The notes under the pieces are model-generated. The model was not told the DNA's origin and did not search any database. It saw only the letters and a list, made by a program, of their open reading frames with translations. Below, one piece after another: positions 48,618-57,393 of a stretch of DNA of 64,000 bases. The stretch comes from an uncultured Planctomycetales bacterium (lineage in GTDB: Bacteria > Omnitrophota > Gorgyraeia > Zapsychrales > CAYRXT01). How positions within the stretch are numbered: position 1 is the stretch's first letter; the number at the start of each line of letters is the position of its first letter. The DNA is taken from assembly GCA_964428315.1 (NCBI GenBank), contig CAYRXT010000008.1, forward strand, positions 6,140-70,139. The letters are read 5' to 3'. Both the position numbers and the translations under genes were made by a program.

Positions 48618-49489
48618 TATTCGATCTCCGCGATGCGTTTGAGGTATTCCCCGTATGAGGTGTTGATGTTTCCGGCCAGCTCCAATAAGCGGTCCCGTCC
48701 GATGAAGTTTTTGATATAGGCGACCTCCTCGATGCAGCCGATCTTCAGCCCCTGCCGCTCTTCCACTGTCTTGATGAACATGGAAGCGTCAATCAACGAA
48801 TCATACGTGCCGGTGTCCAGCCAGGCGTAGCCCCGGCCCAGCGGCATGATGTTTAACCGTCTGTTTTTCAGGTAGTCCTGTATGACATCAGTGATTTCCA
48901 GCTCTCCCCGCCCTGATGGCTTGAGTGCCTTGGCGATGTTGACGCAATCATTGTCAAAGAAATACAGCCCGGTGACGGCCCAGTTGGATTTGGGCTGCCG
49001 GGGCTTTTCTTCTATGGACACGGCCTTCCAGTCCCGGTCGAACTCAACGACGCCGTAGCGTCGGGGGTCACGCACAAAATAGGCGAAAATGGTTGATTGC
49101 GGCTTGTCTACCGCCTGGCGCAGGCATTCGGACAGTCCGTGTCCGAAAAAGACGTTATCACCGAGTATCAAGGCCACTCTGTCCTCACCGATAAACTCTT
49201 CTCCGATGATAAGGGAATCCGCCAGACCGCGAGGACTTTCCTGTTCGGCGTAGGTTATGTTTATCCCTATGTGACCGCCGTCTCCCAGCAGGTCCTTGAA
49301 CCGCGGCAGGGCCTGCGGCGTCGAGATCAACAGGATATCCTTTATCCCGGCCAGCATCAGGACCGACAGGGGATAATAGATCATCGGTTTGTCATAGACG
49401 GGAAGAAGCTGTTTGGACACGCCTTTGGTAATGGGATAAAGGCGGGTTGCTCGGCCGCCAGCGAGAATAATGCCTTTGGTTTTTGTCAT
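48617..49489 (-). CDS. rfbA: glucose-1-phosphate thymidylyltransferase
   Basis: [16 protein letters not shown] motif. Start refined to MTKTKG. Confidence 0.9.
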   Translation of the reverse strand: MTKTKGIILAGGRATRLYPITKGVSKQLLPVYDKPMIYYPLSVLMLAGIKDILLISTPQALPRFKDLLGDGGHIGINITYAEQESPRGLADSLIIGEEFIGEDRVALILGDNVFFGHGLSECLRQAVDKPQSTIFAYFVRDPRRYGVVEFDRDWKAVSIEEKPRQPKSNWAVTGLYFFDNDCVNIAKALKPSGRGELEITDVIQDYLKNRRLNIMPLGRGYAWLDTGTYDSLIDASMFIKTVEERQGLKIGCIEEVAYIKNFIGRDRLLELAGNINTSYGEYLKRIAEIE

Positions 49490-49512
49490 GAACGACGGTC
49501 CTTTCAATTGAA

Positions 49513-49590
49513 GGTCACCATGTCACAAAGTCACAAGGTCACAAAGTCACAAGGTCACCTATGTCCCGGTGACAAGGTGAACTAGTGACC
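49513..49590. repeat. octamer tandem repeat GTCACAAR x4.5 plus inverted GGTCACC/GGTGACC copies in the rfbA upstream region
   Basis: Sequence gtcacaaa-gtcacaag-gtcacaaa-gtcacaag-gtcac, followed by ggtgacaagg...gtgacc. Minus strand reads TTGTGAC repeats (CRP/FNR-like half sites). Confidence 0.7.
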
Positions 49591-50556
49591 TTATTTTTCT
49601 CCCCATACCTTTTTACAATATTCAACCGTCTTCCTCAAACCGCCTTCAAAATCGACGAGAGGTTCAAAACCGGTTTTCTCTCTGATCCTGCTGATATCGC
49701 CGTGAGTCTTGAAGACATCCCCCGGGCGCACAGGAAGAAATTGCGGTTTGATGTCCTTGCCGAAAATTTTGTTCAGGACCTCAACAAGCTGGAGGACGGT
49801 GTGGTCCTTTCCGTTCGCCACGTTCAGGACTTCGTGTTTGATGCCGGGCGCGGTGGCCGCCAGGTAATTGGCCGATATAACGTTTTCGATGAAGGTAAAG
49901 TCCCGCGACTGTTTTCCGTCTCCGAAAACCGGCGGCTGCTGGTCATGCATGATGCAGTGAATAAACTTGGGCACGACGACGGCGTATTCGTCATCAAGCG
50001 CCTGGCGGGGGCCGAAAACGTTGAAATACCGCAGACAGACCGTTTCCAACCCGTAGTGCTCGGAGAAAATGCGGCAGTAATATTCACCGGCAAGCTTGCT
50101 TAAGGCGTAAGGCGAAATCAAAAGCGGATAAAACGTTTCGCTTTCCGGGAAACTGTCCGTGTCGCCGTAGACGGAGCTGGACGAGGCCATGACCAGCCGT
50201 CTTATCTTCTTTTGGGACGCCGCCCTTAAGAGCGTCAGGGTGCCGTTGATGTTGACGTCATTGTAACTGTAAGGGTCGTCCATGGACTTCGGTACGGACC
50301 GCAGAGCGGCCTGGTGAAGCACATAGTCCATCCCATCGCATGAGGCATGGCAGGTTCCGGCGTCCCGGATGTCCCCCCGAACAAGCTCAAACCTATCCTT
50401 TCCCAACCCTCGGGCAAAAACCAGGTTTTCTTCTTTGCCCGAATAAAAATTATCCAGGACCCGGACGAAATGTCCGTCCGCAACCAGTTTTTGTGCGATA
50501 TTGGATCCTATAAAACCGGCCCCGCCGGTGATCAGATATTTTGACATGGATGCCAT
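49591..50556 (-). CDS. NAD-dependent sugar-nucleotide epimerase (WbpP/CapD-like UDP-GlcNAc 4-epimerase family)
   Basis: ITGGAGFIGSN, YALSKLAGE (YxxxK), NVFGPRQ motifs. Confidence 0.85.
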   Translation of the reverse strand: MASMSKYLITGGAGFIGSNIAQKLVADGHFVRVLDNFYSGKEENLVFARGLGKDRFELVRGDIRDAGTCHASCDGMDYVLHQAALRSVPKSMDDPYSYNDVNINGTLTLLRAASQKKIRRLVMASSSSVYGDTDSFPESETFYPLLISPYALSKLAGEYYCRIFSEHYGLETVCLRYFNVFGPRQALDDEYAVVVPKFIHCIMHDQQPPVFGDGKQSRDFTFIENVISANYLAATAPGIKHEVLNVANGKDHTVLQLVEVLNKIFGKDIKPQFLPVRPGDVFKTHGDISRIREKTGFEPLVDFEGGLRKTVEYCKKVWGEK

Positions 50557-50601
50557 TCCTTTCGTTGACAGCGCGGCGAAACCCGCGCGGAGACTTAATC
50601 A

Positions 50602-51387
50602 TTACAGATATCGGTAAATATATTCCGGCAGGTGATATTCGACATTCACCAGGACATACCCCAGCAGATGGACATGCGCCTGATGAAGGAGTTCAGTTGC
50701 CCGGTCGACTATGCCCCTCTGCGTTCGGCCGGCCTGGATGACAAGCAGGGCTCCGTCCGTGTACGAACCGATAATGCCGGGGTCGGTCACGGAAATGAGC
50801 GGCGGGGTATCGATAAGGATAAGGTCGTATTTGTGTTTAAGCTCGAATATGAGGTTTTTCATTGTGTCCGAGCTGACAAGTTCGACAGGATTGTGCGGGG
50901 TGATCCCGGACGCCATAAAGGTCAGGTTTTCCATGTCGATTTTGAACAGGGCCTCGTCCGTTTTGACTTCGCCGGAAAGGACGTCGCTCAAGCCCACTTC
51001 CTGATCCACGCCGAGATACTTCTGAACTCGTCCCCGGCGCATATCCGCGTCAATCATCAGAATTTTCGGTTTGTGCATGAGCTGGGCGAACGAGATGGCG
51101 AGGTTCAGTGCCGTAATGGACTTGCCTTCCGAGTGGATGGAGCTTGTAATGGTGATGGCCTTGGGGGCCTTCCCCTTGTTCATAGACATCAGATTGGTCA
51201 TCAGTATTTTGTATTGTTCCGTGATAGGGGACTTGGCGTCAAAATAGGAAACGATCCGCGGATCGATGTTGGACCCTTCCATTTTTTTGACCACCATGCT
51301 GTCATGTTGTTTGATACGGCTGATGCGGTCAAGACGCGTGATCTTGTCTTCGGTCGCCTTTTTGAGGGCGTCGGTTATTCTTCCCAT
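50602..51387 (-). CDS. BY-kinase-type tyrosine autokinase / P-loop ATPase (CpsD/CapB-like, PEP-CTERM-locus type)
   Basis: Walker A SEGKSITALN, Walker A-prime and B (MIDADMRRG, LILIDTPP), tyrosine-rich C-terminus. Confidence 0.8.
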   Translation of the reverse strand: MGRITDALKKATEDKITRLDRISRIKQHDSMVVKKMEGSNIDPRIVSYFDAKSPITEQYKILMTNLMSMNKGKAPKAITITSSIHSEGKSITALNLAISFAQLMHKPKILMIDADMRRGRVQKYLGVDQEVGLSDVLSGEVKTDEALFKIDMENLTFMASGITPHNPVELVSSDTMKNLIFELKHKYDLILIDTPPLISVTDPGIIGSYTDGALLVIQAGRTQRGIVDRATELLHQAHVHLLGYVLVNVEYHLPEYIYRYL

Positions 51388-51420
51388 GATTTTCCTTTCA
51401 TGAAGTTTGTGTGTTTCCCG

Positions 51421-51630
51421 TTAATCCATTAAAAAGCTGTTGAACTGTTTTTGGATTTTTGCCGTCAAGGTTTCCATGCGACGGATATCCGTTCGGACCT
51501 TGCGGGCATTGTTCCGCATGTGCTCAATATCCCGGAGCAACAGAAAAGAATGCCAGGAGGTTTTCGGAATATCCCCTGTCTTCGACCTGTTGTCCTGCAC
51601 TTTTTTTAAAGCCATGATGATACGGCTCAT
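51421..51630 (-). CDS. small hypothetical protein (69 aa)
   Basis: ORF only. Operon-compatible spacing. No recognisable family. Confidence 0.3.
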   Translation of the reverse strand: MSRIIMALKKVQDNRSKTGDIPKTSWHSFLLLRDIEHMRNNARKVRTDIRRMETLTAKIQKQFNSFLMD

Positions 51631-51643
51631 GCCGCGCCCCCTC

Positions 51644-52171
51644 CTATTTCTGATTCTTCAGCTTATTGATCTCGCTGCTCGTTATCCTGTTCAAATCATT
51701 AATATAGGCCCGCAGAGCGTTGTTGGACACAGTAAGCTTGCTGATACCGTCCTCAGCCTCTTTCAGGGCTCGACGGGTCTCTGCCACGCTGGTTTCCATG
51801 GTCTTGAGACTGTTTTCATTTTGGAATTTAAGATTTTTCACGAGACGTTGAAGATCCGCGATCTGTTTTTTGTATTCATCGATTTCCCACGTTTCTTTGT
51901 AGCGATATTGATCGGCCAATGCCGCGGCCTCACGCACATGAAAAAAGGATTTCAAGCTCATGACAAAAGACAGCCCGCTGATGATCCCGATCAACGCCAA
52001 CAGGCTGACATGAAAATGGACGGCTGGCCTAGCGGAACTGCCGCTGACGATCCTGCCGGTACCATACGTCTTGATGTCCGGATCCGGCCCGCCGGCCTTC
52101 TGCGCCCCTTCCGTTTTGCCTGATGGACGTGAGCCCTTGGCTTTATCGAGTTCTTTAATCGTCTTGCTCAT
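51644..52171 (-). CDS. membrane-anchored coiled-coil protein (GspB/ExeB-like partner candidate)
   Basis: Cytoplasmic N-terminus, one TM helix (VHFHVSLLALIGIISGLSFVM), coiled-coil C-terminus. Immediately downstream of the ExeA-like ATPase. Confidence 0.45.
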   Translation of the reverse strand: MSKTIKELDKAKGSRPSGKTEGAQKAGGPDPDIKTYGTGRIVSGSSARPAVHFHVSLLALIGIISGLSFVMSLKSFFHVREAAALADQYRYKETWEIDEYKKQIADLQRLVKNLKFQNENSLKTMETSVAETRRALKEAEDGISKLTVSNNALRAYINDLNRITSSEINKLKNQK

Positions 52172-52206
52172 TTCTTCCCTCGTTCTTGTTGGTAAATATC
52201 CGGGGA

Positions 52207-53130
52207 TTACTGCCGTTCAAAAAACAACGACTCCCATGATGCGGGTTGATCCTGTTCAAACAAATCCGGCGGATGAGAAGCCAGGATGCGTTCGATGTCT
52301 TCCTTGGAGGCCTTTGACGCGATCTGGTTCATCGGCGAATCCTGGATGGCCTCAACAAGTATCTTTTCGTCAATCACATCGGCGCCGCAGGTGTACCCCG
52401 CCAGGAGGGCGCTGTCGCAGATCTGGTTGACAAGCCGCGGGACCCCTTTGGAAAATGCGAAAACCAGCCGCAGGGCTCCTTCGGTAAAATACCGCCTCTC
52501 CGATCCGCTGGCTAGCCTCAACCTGTGCACTATATAGTTAAGGCATTCTTCCTGCGTCAGCGGCTGAAGATGATAATAGACGGCAATCCGCTGTCTGAGC
52601 TGTTCCAGCCGGTTCAGGGCAAGTTTCTGTTTGAGCTCAGGCTGTCCCAGCAGGATAATCTGGATAAGCTTTTCCGACTCCGTCTCCAGATTGGAAAGCA
52701 TCCGGATCTCTTCCAGTACGGAAGGAGAAAGATTCTGGGCCTCGTCAACGATCAGCACGACGTTGTGGTCATACCGCAATTGTTCGATAAGATATTGATT
52801 AAGCTGCGACAACAAGCGGGCCTTGGACCCGTTCGCGTACTCCACCTCCAGATCGTCCAGAATCGTCATCAGGAGGTCCTTAGGCGTAAGGTGGGTATTG
52901 GTGATCAGCGCCGTGTGGGTATCGCTTTCCAGTTTATTGAGCAAAGTCCGGCACACGGTCGTTTTGCCCGACCCGATGTCGCCGGTTATGACCACGAAGC
53001 CCTTTCGTTCCAATATCGCGTAAATGAGCGTGTTCAAAGCCTCGGCGTGTTTGCCGCTTTCGAAAAAGTATTTCGAATTAGGCGTGATGCTGAAAGGTAT
53101 TTCCTGAAATCCGTAAAAGTTTTTATACAT
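52207..53130 (-). CDS. ExeA/GspA-like AAA ATPase (PEP-CTERM-locus secretion ATPase type)
   Basis: Walker A GDIGSGKTT and Walker B LIVDEAQNL. Start refined to MYKNFYGFQE. Confidence 0.8.
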   Translation of the reverse strand: MYKNFYGFQEIPFSITPNSKYFFESGKHAEALNTLIYAILERKGFVVITGDIGSGKTTVCRTLLNKLESDTHTALITNTHLTPKDLLMTILDDLEVEYANGSKARLLSQLNQYLIEQLRYDHNVVLIVDEAQNLSPSVLEEIRMLSNLETESEKLIQIILLGQPELKQKLALNRLEQLRQRIAVYYHLQPLTQEECLNYIVHRLRLASGSERRYFTEGALRLVFAFSKGVPRLVNQICDSALLAGYTCGADVIDEKILVEAIQDSPMNQIASKASKEDIERILASHPPDLFEQDQPASWESLFFERQ

Positions 53131-53155
53131 TATGTCTCCCTTCCGAGCAAACGTG

Positions 53156-54439
53156 TTACTGCAGGAATATCGAAGCCGCCACGGCCATGCACACACAGAT
53201 AACACCCATGATGATTGTCAGGGTCACCACCCAGCGGTTATGGTCCTTTTCACTGCGGATGCTTTCCAGGGTGCTGATTCTGGAAACCGCCCCCAGAAGC
53301 GGCCGGCCGAGATATTCCTTCGCGTCTTCAACGTCAAGAAACGACTTGTCAAGGAATTCTGTCCCGACCACAAGACCGACGCCGATGGTACCCCCCAGCA
53401 TCAACCCGGCGAAGGCCAGAAGGAGCTTGTTTGGTTTGAATGGTTTGAGGGGAAGCCGGGCCGGATTAAGGATCTTGTATTTTGTGCCTTCTTTTGAGGC
53501 CTGAAGGCGCTGGGTTATCTTTGCCGTCTCCAGGCGCTGGAGCAGCATGTTATAAATGCCCTCGTTAACCTGCACGTCCCTGGCCATGACATTGTCCAGT
53601 TTTTCCGTGAGCATGACCTTGGCGATTCCGGCCTCAATGATGTCCCCGCCTTCATCGCTGGGCGTCGTTTCCACCTTCTTCAAAGCCTTTTTGATTTCAT
53701 CGATCAGAGGGTTTGTCGACTGCATTTTCAAGACAGAACTCTCGGTGAACTCCAGATTCTCCTTACTGAGCTCCTCCCTTTTTGCGGCGATCTGTTCGCG
53801 CAGTTGTTTGACCAGCGGATGTTTTTCCGTCGAATCGATGAGCAGGGCGTCAAGCTGTTCCTGCAGCTGGGCGATCTCGGCGGATTTAATCTTGCCCTTA
53901 TAGACCTGTAGCTGTTCTTCAATGAATTTGATCGCGTCGGCTGTTTCCTGGTTCTGGATCTGCACGTTGCGTTCGATAAAGATATCTGTCAAGTTTTTCA
54001 CGATGGCCTGTGTGGATCCGGGGTCGGCGCCGGCATAGGAAAGGTCGATGATGTTGGTGCCGCGCATGGAGATGTCGACCTTGTCCCGTATCCCCAGGAC
54101 AAGTTGCTCGAAATCATATGTTGTCTTGATGTCCTTGTCGAGATTCAGACGCTTGACGAGAGTGACAAGGCTGTCCCAGCCGAGCATCGATTCGCGGATT
54201 GTCGCGAGCCGCTGCTGCACGGTCGTTGATACCGCGATATTCTGAAAAAGCGGGTTGTCGGTTTTCCCTTCCTCGACAAGAAGGATGGTAGAGGACTTAT
54301 ATTCCTTGGGCATGAGGATCCCCGCGCAGATGCCTAAAACCAGTCCGAAAAAAACGGGGACAAAAAAGAGCAGCTTCCTTCGAAAAAAGATCTTCAGAAA
54401 ATTCATCGGGGTCAACGTGATCTGCTTTTGATAGCTCAT
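53156..54439 (-). CDS. polysaccharide chain-length determinant (Wzz-like) protein
   Basis: N-terminal TM, long coiled-coil periplasmic region, C-terminal TM plus GxxxG-rich segment. Confidence 0.8.
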   Translation of the reverse strand: MSYQKQITLTPMNFLKIFFRRKLLFFVPVFFGLVLGICAGILMPKEYKSSTILLVEEGKTDNPLFQNIAVSTTVQQRLATIRESMLGWDSLVTLVKRLNLDKDIKTTYDFEQLVLGIRDKVDISMRGTNIIDLSYAGADPGSTQAIVKNLTDIFIERNVQIQNQETADAIKFIEEQLQVYKGKIKSAEIAQLQEQLDALLIDSTEKHPLVKQLREQIAAKREELSKENLEFTESSVLKMQSTNPLIDEIKKALKKVETTPSDEGGDIIEAGIAKVMLTEKLDNVMARDVQVNEGIYNMLLQRLETAKITQRLQASKEGTKYKILNPARLPLKPFKPNKLLLAFAGLMLGGTIGVGLVVGTEFLDKSFLDVEDAKEYLGRPLLGAVSRISTLESIRSEKDHNRWVVTLTIIMGVICVCMAVAASIFLQ

Positions 54440-54484
54440 TGCGTGATTATTACTCCTTTGTTTGTCGTGCGTTGTTTTATACCA

Positions 54485-55309
54485 TCAATATCCAGGATAA
54501 ACCGAACGGGCTGTCCCGGCCGTACTGCCGATGGGCTGTGTCACCGGGCTGATGACCCTCATGGCCTTGGCCATGACCGTGGCCGGTATATACAGGGTGT
54601 CTCCGGGTTTCATGATGACATTCTCCCGGAGATCTCCTTCATAAAGCAGAGCAAAGACATTGACGTATTTGATGTCGGGTTTGCCGTCTTCGGATGGCGT
54701 AATTAACCTGCATTTTTTGGTTGAGGCGCTTAACAGAGGAAGTCCGGCCTGGACCAAGGCCTCGCGGATTGTGATAACGTCACCCTGCATGAATATTTTT
54801 CCGGGCGCGCCGACCTCTCCGATAACGTAGACTATCTTGCTGTTGTATGCCGTAATCTTGACTGTGACATCAGGGGAAATAATGTATTCCGACAGGATAT
54901 CCGTCAGAACATTGGTGAGTTCATCTTTTGTTAATCCGGCAACCTTAACGTCGCCCACGTAGTCATACTGGATTTTCCCTTCCTTATTGATCTCGAATTC
55001 ACCGCTGAATTCCGGGTGCCGGAGAACAGAAATCTCGATCACGTCCGTTGGGCCCAAGGTGTAATTGCTCGGGTCGCGCAGTCCCACCTCCATGGGCGCG
55101 GTTTTTAGAAGCTCCGTCAGTTCATCGTTCTTTTCCAATGGTTCTTTGAGGAGAGAACCTGTTTGGGCCGAATTCAACGCGGCCTCGCTTTCCTCGGATT
55201 CCTTCCCGTAAAAATTCGCGAAATTCTGAGCCTCCGCCTGACCCGCCGTTATCAGCAGGGCAAAGACAATGAGACCGATACAGATTATACAGAATGCCAG
55301 TCTTTTCAT
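54485..55309 (-). CDS. periplasmic polysaccharide export protein (Wza/EpsE-like)
   Basis: Signal peptide. Poly_export motif (LGPTDVIEISV) and SLBB-like domains. Confidence 0.85.
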   Translation of the reverse strand: MKRLAFCIICIGLIVFALLITAGQAEAQNFANFYGKESEESEAALNSAQTGSLLKEPLEKNDELTELLKTAPMEVGLRDPSNYTLGPTDVIEISVLRHPEFSGEFEINKEGKIQYDYVGDVKVAGLTKDELTNVLTDILSEYIISPDVTVKITAYNSKIVYVIGEVGAPGKIFMQGDVITIREALVQAGLPLLSASTKKCRLITPSEDGKPDIKYVNVFALLYEGDLRENVIMKPGDTLYIPATVMAKAMRVISPVTQPIGSTAGTARSVYPGY

Positions 55310-55330
55310 TAGATCACCTCTTCCTTTATA

Positions 55331-55546
55331 TTAGTCAAACAGAGCCTCATGAAAGGCCTTGATTCTCGATACGTCATCTTCGTTATAGACCCTCCATCCA
55401 CGCCAATCGCGTTTGGGTCTTTTGACTTTTCCCATGCTTTCCCAGCGGGCAATTGTTTTTGTACTTACCCCGATAATCCTGGCAACATCGGTGATAGTAA
55501 GCCTTTTGCGCACCTGTACCCCCCCTTCAATTTGCTCTTTAATCAT
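55331..55546 (-). CDS. MerR/excisionase-type HTH DNA-binding protein; first gene of the supercluster
   Basis: LTITDVARIIGVSTKTIARWESMG helix-turn-helix. Start refined to MIKEQ with RBS AAAGGCGG. Confidence 0.65.
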   Translation of the reverse strand: MIKEQIEGGVQVRKRLTITDVARIIGVSTKTIARWESMGKVKRPKRDWRGWRVYNEDDVSRIKAFHEALFD

Positions 55547-55601
55547 ACGATAACCGCCTTTCAAAAAATGTAGGTTACAATTTCGTATACCAGAATATAG
55601 A

Positions 55602-55616
55602 GCAATTATCATACCA
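55602..55616 (-). promoter_or_regulatory. candidate sigma-54-type promoter (TGGTAT-N5-TTGC) upstream of the HTH gene
   Basis: Minus-strand TGGTATGATAATTGC with correct GG-N10-GC spacing, about 45 nt upstream of the refined start. The -24 element deviates from TGGCAC. Confidence 0.25.
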
Positions 55617-55922
55617 TTTAAGAAAACGATTTCTCATATCTAAATAATTATTATAACTTATTGTTGGTATAAAGGTTACATAATTGCACAGAGCTAATTT
55701 ATTGCTGAGTTGAATAGTCATGTATTTCTGTATGTTTAACATAATTAACAATAATGTCTATGACATGGTAGGACAATCCCAGAAATTATGCGTTAAGTTG
55801 CATTTATGTCATGTCTAACAATTTGAACCATAAGTAAGTCCTTTTTAAACAAATAGTTAGAAGGAATTTTGATAATCATTTGAAATTTGTAATATTTGGA
55901 TCCGCATGGTATACTTTTTGCT

Positions 55923-57284
55923 ATGGACCAGCGTCTATCAAAATTGCAGGTTCAAAAACAGATATTATCTCCTGTTATGCAGAGGTCGATTACCATCCTG
56001 ACCCTGCCGATCACGGAACTCAACCAGGCCATTGAAACAGAGCTTCAGGATAATCCTTTTCTCGAGTCCGAAGAAGACATGAACCAGATGGTTGAATTGC
56101 CGCCAGAGGGCGCCCCAACGTCTTTGGAATTGATGTATCAGATGGCCGAGGATGAGCTTCCTGATAAGTCTACGGGTAAGAAGGAAGAGGTCTTTTTCCG
56201 GGTTGCCCAGGCCATATCCTTAAGCGATTATCTTCTTCAGCAGCTTCGTATTGAGCTAAGCGATCCGGAAGATATCAGGATCGGTGAGGTCATTATAGGG
56301 AATATCAACGATAACGGTTATCTTACGGTTTCTCTTGATGACATCGCGGGGCAATGCGGATTAACCGAAACCGGCAGAATCCTGCGCATTCTTTCACGCA
56401 TTCAAACATTTGATCCGCCCGGGGTGGGGGCGAGAGATATCAAGGAGTGCCTTGCTATTCAGCTGGACAACCTGGAGTGGGACGACAAGCCTTTGGCCTT
56501 ACAGATCATTCAAGATCACTGGGATGATCTGGCGAAGAAGAGATTTGACCTGATTGCCCGACGTTTGAGCATTTCCACGGAACGGACGAAACACATATTT
56601 AACTTTATCTCAGGGCTCGAGCCGAAACCGGCGCGCAATTTTTTCCCGATCAACACGCAAATCTATGTCAAACCGGATCTGTTTGTCGTCAGGCAAGGTG
56701 ACGGCCTTGAAGTCAAAATAAATTCCGAGGGGGTCCCCCTTTTGAAGATCAGCCCGCTATACAGGGCAATGCTCAGAAAGGAGAATTTAACCGACGAGGA
56801 AAGAGCTTTCTTGAAAAACAAAATGGAAAGCGCCGTGCAGTTTATACGCAGCATCAGACAAAGAGAAACCACTTTGCGCAATATCGCCGAGGATATTCTC
56901 CGTCATCAACAGCGATTTTTTGAGATGGGCCCTGTCGGGCTGTGCCCCCTGACTTTAAAGGACGTCGCCGGACGCATCGACCGCGATGAGTCAACGGTCT
57001 CGCGCACTATCCGCAACAAATATATGGACACGCCGATGGGGATCTTTCCCATGAAGTTCTTTTTTTCCAATGCCGTGGCCATGGAAAATAACGGCAAGAC
57101 AACTTCACGGGGCATCAAGGAAGAACTTAAAGAGCTTATTAACGGCGAAGATAAAACGAAACCTCTTTCTGACCAGGCCATTGTTGAATATTTCAGGAAA
57201 AAAGGGATGATATTGGCCAGGAGGACTGTCGCCAAATATCGTCAGAACTGCCGTATTTCTCCCTCCCATCTCCGTAAGGAATAA
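55923..57284 (+). CDS. rpoN: RNA polymerase sigma-54 factor
   Basis: N-terminal LQQxL-type region I (MDQRLSKLQVQKQILSPVMQRSITIL), C-terminal HTH and RpoN box ARRTVAKYR. Confidence 0.9.
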   Translation: MDQRLSKLQVQKQILSPVMQRSITILTLPITELNQAIETELQDNPFLESEEDMNQMVELPPEGAPTSLELMYQMAEDELPDKSTGKKEEVFFRVAQAISLSDYLLQQLRIELSDPEDIRIGEVIIGNINDNGYLTVSLDDIAGQCGLTETGRILRILSRIQTFDPPGVGARDIKECLAIQLDNLEWDDKPLALQIIQDHWDDLAKKRFDLIARRLSISTERTKHIFNFISGLEPKPARNFFPINTQIYVKPDLFVVRQGDGLEVKINSEGVPLLKISPLYRAMLRKENLTDEERAFLKNKMESAVQFIRSIRQRETTLRNIAEDILRHQQRFFEMGPVGLCPLTLKDVAGRIDRDESTVSRTIRNKYMDTPMGIFPMKFFFSNAVAMENNGKTTSRGIKEELKELINGEDKTKPLSDQAIVEYFRKKGMILARRTVAKYRQNCRISPSHLRKE

Positions 57285-57393
57285 TAAGGCGAACTCATTG
57301 ACCTCTGACATTGATCTGGGGGGCGGCCAGCGGACATCAATGAGCAGAGGGAATCACAATGAGCTGCCCTATTATTCGCTTTCAGAAATAGAC

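Noticed and set aside
57285-57393. Possible convergent terminator between rpoN and the giant gene
   Set aside because: Only weak, imperfect inverted repeats without U/A runs were found. A confident call cannot be made.
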